DNA of 51,270 nucleotides from Neolecta irregularis DAH-3 (Eukaryota): NCBI GenBank assembly GCA_001929475.1, contig LXFE01004245.1, positions 1 to 51,270 of the forward strand, read 5' to 3'. Shown piece by piece: positions 25,001 to 36,593 of this stretch (position 1 is its first letter; each line of letters starts with the position of its first letter). The notes under the pieces were generated by a model. It saw only the letters and a program-made list of their open reading frames with translations, ran no database searches and was not told where the DNA came from. The position numbers and the translations under genes were made by a program.

Positions 25001-25738
25001 TCTTTCTGGGTTTGACTGATTCTCTGTTCACCAACATATTTGCCAAGCCGACAAGCGCGGGATTGGGATGGACCTTGATGGTCAAAGGGGACTTTTCGGA
25101 TGTTTGTAAAGCGACTGGGGGTGCAGATTCTTCCTCTATAGAATTCTTTCTTAAACGAGACGGACTTGCCCGAGCATCATTCTTTAGCGAGAATTCATTT
25201 CTAGAGCGACCAGCTGGTTGACGTGATGTCAATCCTTCTTTATTCATTGCTTTTAAACTTTAGCTCAAGTACTTGACGAACAGAGAGAGTACCACTCATG
25301 CTATGTCTAGCTTTATCTCCAAGTAAACCCAGATTCTTTTGACCGTTCCAATTATTTACAGGTCCGTAACTTCCTCCGCCAAAGCTCTTCCTGGTTAATC
25401 TTTTCTTTTTCTTTCAAATTTTCAGTATGTTAAACCGTATATTATCATACGTTTTGCTCTTGCACCGTTTCAAAATGTCGGTCGTGGATAGGCTGAGCAT
25501 CGCTCATTGCAAGTCTTCTAATCATATCAGTGCCAAAGAAACCAATAGTCCTTGATACCTGTGGAAAGAAGCCGGTGGCGGCAGTAAACTTAAAGATCTT
25601 TTCAAATGTGTGTTGGAGTCATTCAAAACAGGCACCTATAATATCAAGAGGGGATTTCTAGAAATGTCGAACCATGATAACTTGATCTTCTTTATCGGGG
25701 TCTTTACAAGAAGTTATTTCTTGCCCATGTCCCATCAT
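22016..25738 (-). CDS. ULP2: SUMO protease, Ulp2/SENP6-7 type (peptidase C48)
   Basis: DLERLDEGEFLNDTIIDFYL, FNTFFYKRL, VPVNESLHWYLAII (His), ILVFDSL (Asp), PGQNNFCDCGVYLL (Cys), with an insertion inside the catalytic domain. 5' exons and start codon uncertain. Confidence 0.88.
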
Positions 25739-25938
25739 CCAAATTATCCATGAAGTAAGATTTCCGCTTACGAGTCAATCCGGTTCAAGATATCAGACGC
25801 AACAATATTGAAAAAAGAGCTTTTTAATCAATCACTCGAGAGTATCAACCGAAAGACCAAGTAGATGTATGAGGTGGATATTGGTGGTTGGGGTAAAAAC
25901 TGCTCTAGGCATTATCATCCGATCAACCAACAACTGTT

Positions 25939-26664
25939 ATGGCAACCCTATCGATACACCCAACCATCTTTTTGGCGATTCTTTTATATTTCGCATGTCC
26001 TGCATGGGCTACTACATTGACATATCAATTGGAAGCGAACGAACGCGCATGTTTCTTCACCCAAGTCCAAAACGGCGGAGAGAAAATCGCCTTTTATTTC
26101 GCTGTACCTTGACCACCAATTTATTTCTTCTAATATTAAAAGGTTCAATCTGGAGGTGCATTTGATATCGACTATGAAGTTTCTGGACCAGACCACGAAA
26201 TGATATTGCAAGGCACCAAGGAGCGACAAGGCGATTACGTGTTCACCGCCAAAAAACCAGGAGAATATACATTTTGTTTTTCAAACGATATGTCTACATT
26301 TGCCCAAAAACTAGTCGATTTCGAAATCACGGTATGTAACTTTACAGCAAGACTAATCGGTGCGATACAGGTTGAAAATGAACCTCGAGCAGAGTTACCC
26401 GCAAAACCAGCGTCTACGTCTGAACAACCAAGTTTAGTTGAAGAAAGTATTTTCAAGATATCAGGACATTTATCCCATATCTCTCGAAACCAAAAGTACT
26501 TTAGAACCCGAGAAAACAGGAATTTCAGCACGGTTAGATCAACTGAAAGTCGAGTATTCACTTTCTCACTGCTCGAGTCTTGTTTAATGGTCGCTTCGTC
26601 AGTTTTACAAGTATTCATAGTCCGCACGTTTTTCTCTACGCGAACTAGAAAGGGATACGTATAA
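25939..26664 (+). CDS. p24/emp24-gp25L cargo receptor (gamma/Erp2-4 type)
   Basis: Signal peptide, GOLD domain (ERACFF..FYFAVQSGGAFDID..GEYTFCFSN), QKYFRTRENRNFSTVRSTE, TM and RTFF tail; two introns. Confidence 0.92.
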
Positions 26665-26832
26665 GAGCAAGGGTCGCCATTCAGTCGGTAGCTTAGCGCG
26701 TAAAAAATCGTACAAGATACTGTTTTGATTTGAAATATATATATGTTTTGAACGATTTTCTTCACACCAACGACAAAAGAAAAGCAAAACAAAAGGGGGC
26801 GTGGCGAATTTTACATACACGAATTCCCAGGG

Positions 26833-29800
26833 TTAATTTCGAATATGGATTGCAGCACGGTCTGCGTATCGACTACTTTTATATTTATCCACGTGATCGA
26901 GACCCAAGAAATCGGTCGATTCAGTGAATCTGTCCCATAACAAATCATCTAAAGGCGTAAGCGAACTGAGGTGAATAGTTAACAGTACCGTCTTCGAGGT
27001 AGTCTAATTTTCCAAAAGACGAAGAATGTACAACCGTAAATTTAATTCTAGAGAATTCCTTTTCATCAAATTTAGTACGGTTTTGTAACCGTCGTTTAGT
27101 ATCTTTGAATAATTCACCCTACAACATTAACTCATGTGAAATCTATTCAAGAGAGGCACTTGAACTACGGGGAAATTAAACGGTACGCCATGCGTCCTGG
27201 AAACTTCCTTTTGAAAATGAAAGCAACGAATTTGTCGAACAAGTTGCGTCGATTCCAAAACTTGGTCGTCGTGGTCTCCAAATTCGATGTACAGCATTTG
27301 CTGTTCAATAATACCCGATAAAGGAGTCTCCAAAGCAAGTTGTTTGAAGAGTTTGTTGCTTTGCACATCATATACTTTGAAAAAGGCATCACTTGGGGAA
27401 ACGTCGAGACCAAGTTTCTCAGTCATCGCTTGGACGGCATCAGTCACACTTCCATTTTTCGAAACTAAAACGTCGACGTGTTCCTAGAGTTAACACACAC
27501 ACGAGTAAATCACAGAGTACTTCTTTAGAAAGACCTTTGGGTAAAAAGACAAGTCTCATGTACCTCTTTGTTTCAAATTCATCAAGAGGCATAGCTAAAA
27601 CTTCATAGTAAAGCATAGGCAAAATAGGCTGCAAATAATTAGGTTGGAGGATCTGTTGTAACGTGGTAGTAGGCGATTTTTTAATAACCTTCGAAGGATG
27701 ATAATTCGTGCCAGCGGCATTTGTAAACCGAAGAAACGCAGGATCGACATCAAGTTGTTCAGCAACTTTATTCGCCACCTACCGTTGAATATTTTGCGCG
27801 GGTGTGACGTACGGCGTTGTAGTACATTTTTTTGTTTAATGCAAGAGTAAATTCTTCAAGACGATCGCCGTCGACGAAACGTGGTTTAAACCAAACAGTC
27901 ACCCGATTAATCAGGAAATCATAAAATTGAGGAGCAAGAGTAAACTTTGCATCTTTTTGAAGCATTAGAGTTCTAAACGTCAGATTGTAATAAAAGGAAA
28001 TAATACTCCTCGTCTGGCAATATCTGTTGAAAACAAATGATGTCCCCATCTTGCAACTCGGCTTCATAAAATGACGATTTCAAATTAAGCGGCTCGATCA
28101 TCCCCGGTTTAATTTCCTATTCTTAATCCAGAATCAAGAAGAGTTACCTCGAATATTTTAATAGGGGTGGTATCAGGCCAGTCAAGGGCTTTCTTGGCCT
28201 TTATAGCGAAATCACCAATATGTGACATACGATTGACATAAAATGAACCAAAGCCAAATAAACGTTGTTCAACCACATCAAAACATTTGCAGAAAATCAA
28301 GATATTTTGATGATTTATGGAACCGTTGGTTTGCCATTGTTCTTCGAGTGGCATAGTTTCAAGCCACAATCGTAATTCTACTCGACCGTTTGTCAACCGA
28401 TTAGCCAAAGTCTCCATCGCTAAAGTTAGCCTGAATAAACCAAAGACATACTAGAGTCATCTTCAGAGTCCAAGATGGGAATATCAGGACGAACAGTTTT
28501 ATTCTGCCGATTAACACAAATCCAGAACCGAAATTTGAGCGAGGATAAATCGCATTCTTGTTCAAATCGTTGTTTAAATTGGAGAAAAGTAGACACTTTG
28601 GGTACTTTGAATTTTAGCGCAAGACTAGTTTCTGAATTATTCTCCGAATCTTCGAGAAGACCGAGATCGAATCCTTGATGTTGTTTGAAATGAACGAGTT
28701 GGAGGACTCGAACGGACATGAATAAATGCGCTTCTTCTTTTTCTTTACGGCGGGCTTCACTAGCGATTCGTTCTTGTTCAAGTCGTTGTTCTATAATTAA
28801 AAAGAAATACATCGTGAGGAAATACTCAGATGAGCTGGAATATCGTTTTCGGTCACGGGAGAGAGGACCTTGTCGATGTAATGCTCCCTGATATAAACGA
28901 GCATGTAAGCGTTTGAATAACGTTTATTTGTGATATTGCGATTAAAGGTATGACGCATAAGGGATTGGGTATTCGCGCTCAAAGGACCGTCTCCTCCGAA
29001 ATTATCATCGAATACTTCAGCCATGGTAGCTCTGGTGACTCTATCATCGTCATATTTAAACCACTGGCCGTCTTTGTCTGGTTTGACGAGGGCGTAGTAA
29101 TGACCGCCATGGAGATCTCCGCTATGAACGAGAACACTAGTTTTAGCAACGATTTAAAAATGCATACCCGTAGAGTTTATATTTAAAAGGAAAATCTTGC
29201 TCTGTTTCTGGTCTGACGAATGCGTCGAGGTCTATTTCAGCGGGAAATTCGTGGCGATCGTTTATTTTTATCATTGTATCTTTGATCATGTCGTACTCGA
29301 AGCGTTTGAGCTGCAGATGAAGGACGGGGGGAAGGTCTAGAAAGATGACGCCTTTTTTTGCGTCTTGCAAGCCAAAGCCTTCGGCAAAGTACTTGTTGTC
29401 TCCGTCCAAGGTTTCTACTTGGATGTAGTCTCTAAAGGACTCGAGGAGGTCCTTCATGCCTTTGACATTGAGTTGGATGTCTTTATTAGCGAGGAATGGC
29501 AAAATGGGTACCCCAAAAGTCTTCAGCTCTGGAGGATTCAAAGTCTACGTTTACGCATTTGATAAAGCTCTTCATTTTGCCGACAAACAGTTTAGCGAGG
29601 GCGTTTTCAGCGACGGTGTTTTTCATTTTTCCTTCGAGGTTGTCTTGGAGGACTCTGTTGAATTCCTGGACGTCGTGCTGCATGAAGGAGTCTAGGGAGT
29701 CCCAGCCAAAGGATCTTGTTAGTTCAGTGGTGCCTACTGATTCTGAAGAGGATTGCAAGAGATAGAAGACGCGCTGGAGGGCGAGGGCGATGCTGTTTGT

Positions 29801-30764
29801 GGGTTCGTCCTTGTCTGTGGGGATTTGAAAGACGGCCTTGCGAAACATGTTTGTGTAGTAGAGCGACTGGAGGATGGAGTTCATGTAGCAGGTCGCGCCC
29901 TGGTTTCTGAGGCCTACGTGGCCGGTTTCGTGTTTTGAGCTGTAGCTAGAGGGTGAGGGTGGGGGGACTGGGTAGGGATATATACTCTTTGAAGTCGTGC
30001 CAGAGGATGCCTGTGGGGTCGTGGACCACGCGGACAAAGGTGGAGAGGTTTATTTTCTCGCCGGCGAGCAGCGGGGGGGAGTGGTCATCGTCTGGGGCAA
30101 AGAGACGTTTTGCGTCGCAGAAGCGGGAGTAGCCCCAGTCTGTCTCGTCGAGGTGGAAGCGGTGGTGGGAGGCGACTAGGGTCAGCAGGGGGCGGGGCGG
30201 GACGGGTGGAGGATGCCTCCGATCTTGATGGCAGCGGGCTGGGAGGGGTTCCACAGGACGAAGAGGTACTGGACGCAGACGTGCCAGCCGGGGGGCGGGT
30301 TCTCTGGGGGCTCGACCTCGAGGAAGAGGGAGACGTTGTCACCCGAGTTGTTTCCGAGGGGGAAGAGCATGGGGCGCCTGGGGCCGGTGAGCGGGGCGCA
30401 GGGCGGGCGGCATACCACTTGAGGCCGGCGGCGTCGAACTGGGGGCCGAGGACGCGCTTGTCGAGATTGCGCCAGCTGGGGATGTGCCAGGTGTGGGCGG
30501 CGAAGGCTTCTTCGCGCAGGTCTGGCGGCAGCGGCATGTGGATGCGGGCGAAGCGGGCAGCGTCGTCGGGGCCGACGTGCGGGGCGGCGACGGTGTCTGG
30601 GTCGGCGGCGGGGTCTTGGTCTGGGTCTGGGTCTGTGTCTGGGACGGCGTCTGGGTCTGGGACGGTGTCTGGGTCTGCGCCGGCGGGCGAGTCGAGGGCC
30701 ATGGGCACGGTGTCGCTGTCGGGGGCCTGCAGTCAGCGCGGGCAGCAGCGGGGCGAACCAGCAT
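26833..30764 (-). CDS. UBP15: USP7-like ubiquitin-specific protease (MATH + USP + UBL repeats)
   Basis: MATH domain (HHRFHLDETDWGYSRF), Cys box GLRNQGATCYMNS, QHDVQEFNR, His box HSGDLHGGHYYA, NAYMLVYIRE, C-terminal LGLDHVD; many introns. Confidence 0.96.
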
Positions 30765-30784
30765 GGTGGTCTGGCGGTGCTGTT

Positions 30785-31045
30785 CAGTCCTCTGTCTATC
30801 GTCCTCTGTCCTCTGTCTGTCCTCTCTCTATCTCGTCCTCTGTCCTCTGTCTGTCCTCTCTCTATCTCTTCTATCTCCTCTGTCTCCTCTATCGTCCTCT
30901 GTCTCCTCTATCGTCCTCTCTCTGTCTCCTCTATCCCGTCCTCTGTCCTATCCTATCCCGTCCTCTATCCTCTCCCACTACATCCACCACACATCCACCA
31001 CTACATCCCATCCGCCATCCCTGTCCTACTACATCCCACCCACCC
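30785..31045. repeat. Polypyrimidine low-complexity tract in the UBP15/PRP45 divergent promoter
   Basis: Degenerate repeats of TCCTCTGTC / TCTATCG / CATCCCA; plus strand almost entirely C/T. Confidence 0.92.
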
Positions 31046-31046
31046 A

Positions 31047-32645
31047 ATGACCACCGCTGCTCCCCCCTACGGCCATAGAGCTGCCTGGCGCCCCCTCGCC
31101 CACGACCACTATGCCGACGGCGGCAGCTTCCCCGAAATCCCCGCCGTCCAGTATCCCCTCGACATGGGCCGCTCCCACTCCGCCTCCTCCGGCGCTGCCC
31201 TCACCCTCCAGCTCGACCGCCACGGCCATGTCAAGTACGACGCTATCGCCTCCCACGGCCACGCCCCCTCCCGCATCGTCCAGGCCTCCTTCAAAGACCT
31301 CGTCCCCCTCAGACAGCGCGCTGACATCGGCGACATCTCCCTCGACAGGCCTGCCCCAGACCTCGTCCTCGCCCAGACAAACAAGACCAGAGACGCCCTC
31401 TACAAGCTCGTCTCCGCCCAGCTGGCCGCCGCAAACCCTAAAAACATCCCCGCCCCCGCCAGCAATGATCCCACCTTTATCAGATACACCCCCAGCAACC
31501 AGATGGGCGAGCCCAACGACGTCAACCACCAGCAGCGCATAATAAAATTGGTAAACAAACACCACGATCCAATGGAACCGCCAAAATTCAGGCACAAAAA
31601 GATCCCCCGTGGCCCCGGCTCCCCCCCTCCACCCCTCTTGGTACTACCACAATCTTCACGTCTAACCTCCAGCGCTCCCCCCCTCGCAAACTCACCGCGG
31701 CCGAACAGCAAGACTGGATTATTCCTCCATGTATTTCAAACTGGAAAAACCCCAAAGGCTACACAATCCCCCTCGATAAACGTCTAGCCGCAGACGGCCG
31801 TGGCCTCCAAGACGTTCAAATAAATGACAATTTCGCAAAACTCTCAGAAGCCCTGTTTACCGCTGACCGCCACGCCAGAGAAGAAGTCCGCCAGCGTGCC
31901 GCCATGCAACAAAAACTCGCCCAAAAGGAAAAAGCAACAAAAGAAGACCATCTCCGTTCCCTCGCCCAGAAAGCCCGTCAAGACCGGTATTCCTCCTTTT
32001 TCTTTTCATTCTGATTTACCAGACTCGCTGCATCGCCTCGTTCAGATTCAGATTCAGGGGACGAAAAAGGTGCCCGCGAACGCCAGCAGCTCCGTCTCGA
32101 ACGAAGACGAGACGCCGAGCGCCAAATGCGAATGTCACGGATGGGCGCCGAACAAAAACTAAAAGCCCTAGCCCGCGAACAACAACGTGACATTTCAGAA
32201 AAAATAGCACTCGGTCTTGCGAGACCCAGTAACGACAAAGAAGCAATGTTTGATGCACGTCTATTCAATCAATCAGGCGGTCTCGATTCAGGATTCAAAG
32301 ACGATGAATCGTATTCTACCTATGATAAACCACTATTCGCAGCACAAGCCGTTGCGCAAAGTATTTACCGGCCAAAACCCCAACAAGAAGACGACGACGA
32401 AGAAACGTCGTTGGAGAAAGTAACCTCTGGAGCTCGTTTTGAAGTCCTTGGAAAACCTCAAAAGGGATTCGCGGCATCTGATACCGCCCAGGTAACTATC
32501 ACTAGCGAAATATTGTTGACCTGTTTTATAGCCTAGAGATGGCCCTGTTCAGTTTGAAAAAGATATAAATGATCCTTTTGGTGTTGATGCCTTTTTAAAG
32601 GAAGCACAACAAGGTAATACACGCAAGAAACAAAGAATTGAATGA
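31047..32645 (+). CDS. PRP45: Pre-mRNA splicing factor Prp45/SNW1 (SKIP)
   Basis: PPYG..DGGSFPEI..QYPLDMGR, DPMEPPKFRHKKIPRGPGSPPPP, ISNWKNPKGYTIPLDKRLAADGRG, RDISEKIALG, RDGPVQFEKD; three introns. Confidence 0.97.
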
Positions 32646-32710
32646 AAAGATTTTGTATCCCTAGATATTTGTCAACTTTTTCCCACATATTTTATTGTCT
32701 GATTAATCGT

Positions 32711-32822
32711 ACCGTCCACTGATTCTCATACCGTCCGCAATCTGATTCTCATACCATCCGCAATCTGATTCTAATCATACCAGTCCGCAATCTGATTCTC
32801 ATACCACCCGCAATCTCATTCT
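32711..32822. repeat. ~23-26-bp tandem repeat, ~4.5 copies, between convergent stop codons
   Basis: Unit ACCGTCCGCAATCTGATTCTCAT with small indels. Confidence 0.9.
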
Positions 32823-32841
32823 TGGTCTATTAATTCATTTA

Positions 32842-33908
32842 TCAGTTAGCCTCCCAAACAATCACCGACCCATCCGTCGCACAACTAAGCATCTGATTCC
32901 TTTCCGCATGAAAATCAACACACGCAATTATTTTCCCATCATGGGCTTTAATTTGATGGATGATACTTGCATCCAGATAATCCCAAATAAAAATTTGTCC
33001 GTCTTCGCTTCCACTGATTATATACCCTTCATCTATACCTGCAAAACATGACCGTACGCGGTAAGTCGTGTTTGTATGGCCTAGAAACGTTTGTAAGAGC
33101 CCCCCTGTCGATTTATCAAAGAGACGTAATTGCGAGTTTAATGTTGCTATTAACAATGTTTTTGAATCAGATGATTGTTTAAGACAGGTTATGGGTTCTG
33201 AAGAAATTAGGTTTGAATAAAAGAAACATGATCGCGTACGGCCTATAAAGTCGGTAGTTAACTGGCCCATACGTAAATCATATGTTCGAAGTTTCCCATC
33301 AACAGATCTAAGCCTTGAGGGTGAAAAACGAGGGGTGGGTATACCCCGTAACAAGTTCATGTCCAACAACTTGCAGCGATGTTATACTATCCTTTGCATC
33401 ATCTATAGTCTGTATAGGAACCCTAGACTGCGACCTCCCAGATTAACAATGGCAAAAGAGAAGAATATATACTTGCAATCCCAGAGTTTGACAGTAGCGT
33501 CAAAAGACCCGCTTATCACCACCGACGCTTCCTCGTTTAAATCAACGGCATTAACTCGCGAGAAATGGCCTGTAAATCTACGAAGAGTAGATCCACTCAA
33601 CACATCCCAAAGAAATACCTAACCAATCAATCAACTCTTCATATCTAAGAAACGGGATATGGTACAGTTTTATCGCCGCCGCAACTAGCGAATTTGGAAT
33701 TATCTTTAGCAACGATAATATCAAGGATTTCCCAACCGTGAGCCGAATAAGTTTTTATTTTAGACCCGGTAGATGGATTCCAAAGTGTGATTGTCCGATC
33801 ACTGCCCCCACTTAGACAGTATTGGCCCGATGTGTTATATTTAACTACATGGATCAACGTTCCTGGATTTTTTGTTAAAATTCGGTGGGGTTGTGTCGGT
33901 AGCGACAT
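32842..33908 (-). CDS. WD40-repeat protein, WDR83/MORG1-like
   Basis: GQYCLSGGSDRTITLWNP..IKTYSAHGWEILD, FASCGGDKTVFLWDV, SVDGKLRTYDLRMG, SGSEDGQIFIWD; four introns. Confidence 0.88.
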
Positions 33909-34252
33909 GTAGTCGACGTCACGACCAAACATACCCACGTCCTTTGAATATCGATTTGAAGCAGCCAGAAGACTGGTAATTGAAAGAGTGGGATTCGCGA
34001 GTTGTTTCGCTAGTCTATTGCTAATCAACTCGCATACATTCAAAAGTACAATCAACGAATAAATGAATATATGATTGGCAAACTGCATGATGAATGAGAA
34101 TTATTAAATTAAAAGCTAACAAAAGATTGGAAGTTTGTAAATGAGTCTTGATGAGGGATCAATCAGGAATATCCGGACTGGATAACTGAAGGAAATGGGT
34201 AGATGACTTGAAAATTCAAAGGATCGAGAGGGTCTAGGATGCAAGGAACGGC

Positions 34253-34380
34253 CGCCTGATCATGATCTGCTTCACTCTGCAATGTCTCAACTGTATATAG
34301 GTCATGAGACAAATATAACGAAATATATTCACAGGCCTTTCCCCCCTAGACCTGTTGCAAGACATTGATTGACACCAAAA
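34253..34380. repeat. Second copy of the 1-131 segment
   Basis: Direct sequence match to the window start. Confidence 0.95.
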
Positions 34381-34443
34381 ACTCTCAAGTAACGACCAAT
34401 CGAGACATCAAGGATAATAGTTGTAATCACAAGTAAATTACCA

Positions 34444-34622
34444 TCAAGATCTGTTTGGGTGCTGACATATGGGCCAATTACACCACCCTGGGGGTCCTGC
34501 ATTACTGACTGGGGCTGCTGCAACTAAGAATTCAGAGACAATGATACAATAGTAAATATACCCAACGAAGAAGCAATCAACAAGGCAATAAGCCCCATAC
34601 ACACAGTAAATTGTCGCATCAT
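34444..34622 (-). CDS. 46-aa small secreted peptide precursor with a Cys/Trp core (not in ORF track)
   Basis: Exon 34622-34562, intron 34561-34524 (GTATAT..TTAG, 38 nt), exon 34523-34444: MMRQFTVCMGLIALLIASSLVAAAPVSNAGPPGWCNWPICQHPNRS*. Hydrophobic signal peptide ending at VAA|AP; TATA box upstream. Confidence 0.72.
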
Positions 34623-34683
34623 AACTGATTCTATAATGACCAACCGATTTAATCGTTGAGAGAAAATGAAGTCAATGGTCTTT

Positions 34684-34691
34684 CTTATATA
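34684..34691 (-). promoter_or_regulatory. TATA box of the small peptide gene
   Basis: TATATAAG on the minus strand, ~62 bp upstream of the ATG at 34622. Confidence 0.6.
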
Positions 34692-34846
34692 GGCAGGGAC
34701 CGCCTAAGTACGATAGAGCTCGCCGCCATTTCTCAACTGGTCGAAATCACAGGCTAAAGAGAGCGGATTTCACAGGATCTAGGAAATTTTCGGAATCTTG
34801 AAAGAAATATTCTTGCTTGCGGGGACTAGCAAATCTACTATCCCCA

Positions 34847-35091
34847 CGCGGCAGTACGGGCTGGGTCGGGCCTGTAGGAAGCAGAGGACGGATGTCGCTC
34901 TCCCAATCAGGGGAAGCGGACCTTGAGGAGAACAGTCCTATCTGGGAGAGAAGACCGAGTGTANNNNNNNNNNGCGCGGCAGTAGAGGCTGGGTCGGGCC
35001 TGTAGGAAACAGAGGACGGATGTCTCTCTCCCAATCAGGGGAAGCGGACCTTGAGGAGAACAGTCCTATCTGGGAGAGAAGACCGAGTGTA
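34847..35091. repeat. 117-bp direct repeat, two copies flanking a 10-N gap (34964-34973)
   Basis: 34847-34963 and 34975-35091 differ at four positions. Confidence 0.9.
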
Positions 35092-35801
35092 TGGGACGGG
35101 AGAGTATGAGCCTGGACTAGTCGCGCCAGGTTTAATTCTGTATATCCATACGAGTTGTTTTTATCACATGCAACTACTCAACGGACACACTACATTAAAG
35201 CGCACCCGAGCGCTAAGCATCGCTAGGATAACATTGCTCCCTAGCAGAAAGTTGCAAAGTTGAGATTTCTCACTACAGCGGCATGTGACATTCAAAAAGT
35301 AATCCGTGAGCCGTCCCACGACGCCATCCGTCTCCATTGAACTTGTAGGTGTGAACTCAACCAAGAACCCCAGCTAGGCACATGTTTATCTCAAATTCAT
35401 CACTACAATTATGGGAATTTGCCTCATTTCTAGTGCGTTATATCCACCAGAATCTTATAATTCCTATTCTGCTGTTTGTTATTTACATCCATTTCATGTT
35501 TTTGATACTTTATGCTCTATATTCTAAAACATTAACCATAACACGCTGCAATTGTTACACAGTTAGTAGTGAATTGTACCTTTTGTGCATGCATGTTTTT
35601 TAAAATATATGCACGGCTATGTTGATCTGATTATTCCTTGAATTAGTCGATACTCTCCTCCCAACCTACCTCAACTCTAGCCTTCTTCAAACTACTTCTT
35701 TCAACGTCTTTTTCTTCAGATATCCTTCAGACACAAGACGAAGCCATCTTTTATTCTCGCGATTCTCGACCAAGAGATACCACTCTTGGATTCTTTCAAT
35801 C

Positions 35802-36593
35802 ATGCCTGAAACCAATATATTTAGCCTTTTTACTCTTCACGACAATCTTGAGCAAAGTCAATTCGAGCAAACTGATTCAAGCCAAGAGATGTCTCAATCA
35901 TCTCAGTTGGCTATATCTGGCGAAAGTGATTGGAGCGAACCAATAAGCCCACCTGTATCCAAGATTAGCTCCAAAAGAAGGACTCGATTAGCTATAATCA
36001 CAGCACTCCAACAACAAAACGAGGATCTTCGCAAAGAGAATTCCGAGATGCGAGCTGTTGCAGTACATCTTCGGCGTCGAATACTATACCTTGAGACTGA
36101 TCTAGGTGTTTTGTCACATAAACTACAGACCCACTCGAAAAGATACAACCATTTGAGAAAATTATATTTCCAACAGGGTATGTAATTTTTGATACATCCT
36201 GTTCAATGCACAGAAACTACTACTAGGTATCAGAATCTCCCTCATCTTGACGAGCTACAGTTACCAATGCCTTCGCTTTCATCCCGTCCAATTCGAAGAT
36301 TTTCAACTTCAGCTTTACATCTCCGTGGAGGTCACCAAGACTTTGATCATTGGTATGAGAAGTCTGCAGTAAAGTTATCGGAACCAGTCTTGTCTCCTGA
36401 ACCTGGGATTCCCATTGATACACCACAACTTCCTCTCGACCCTTGGAGATTTCCTATTGTAGAATGTTCAAAGCGTCATAGGAAGAATATGGGGTTAGCG
36501 TTGCTAAATATTTGGGGAGGCCATCCAAATGATCCTTCTTGTGAACCTGAAGACACGCAAGATGATTGTTCATGTGCACTTGGATGTTTGTGA
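35802..36593 (+). CDS. Orphan ~251-aa leucine-zipper protein (bZIP-like with degenerate basic region)
   Basis: Intron 36178-36213 (GTATGT..CACAG) joins the two ORF-track ORFs in frame; heptad series L-L-M-L-L-L after SKRRTR. Confidence 0.65.

Noticed and set aside
26235-26792. 185-aa antisense ORF
   Set aside because: Mirror of the p24 gene with no motifs of its own.
30110-31595. Long overlapping ORFs in the first GC island (30110-31078, 30484-31050, 31029-31595 and others)
   Set aside because: Shadow ORFs caused by stop-codon scarcity in GC-rich or low-complexity DNA overlapping UBP15 and PRP45.
34100-35400. LTR or transposon identity for the duplicated segments
   Set aside because: No TG..CA termini, terminal inverted repeats, TSD or transposase/RT fragments could be identified.
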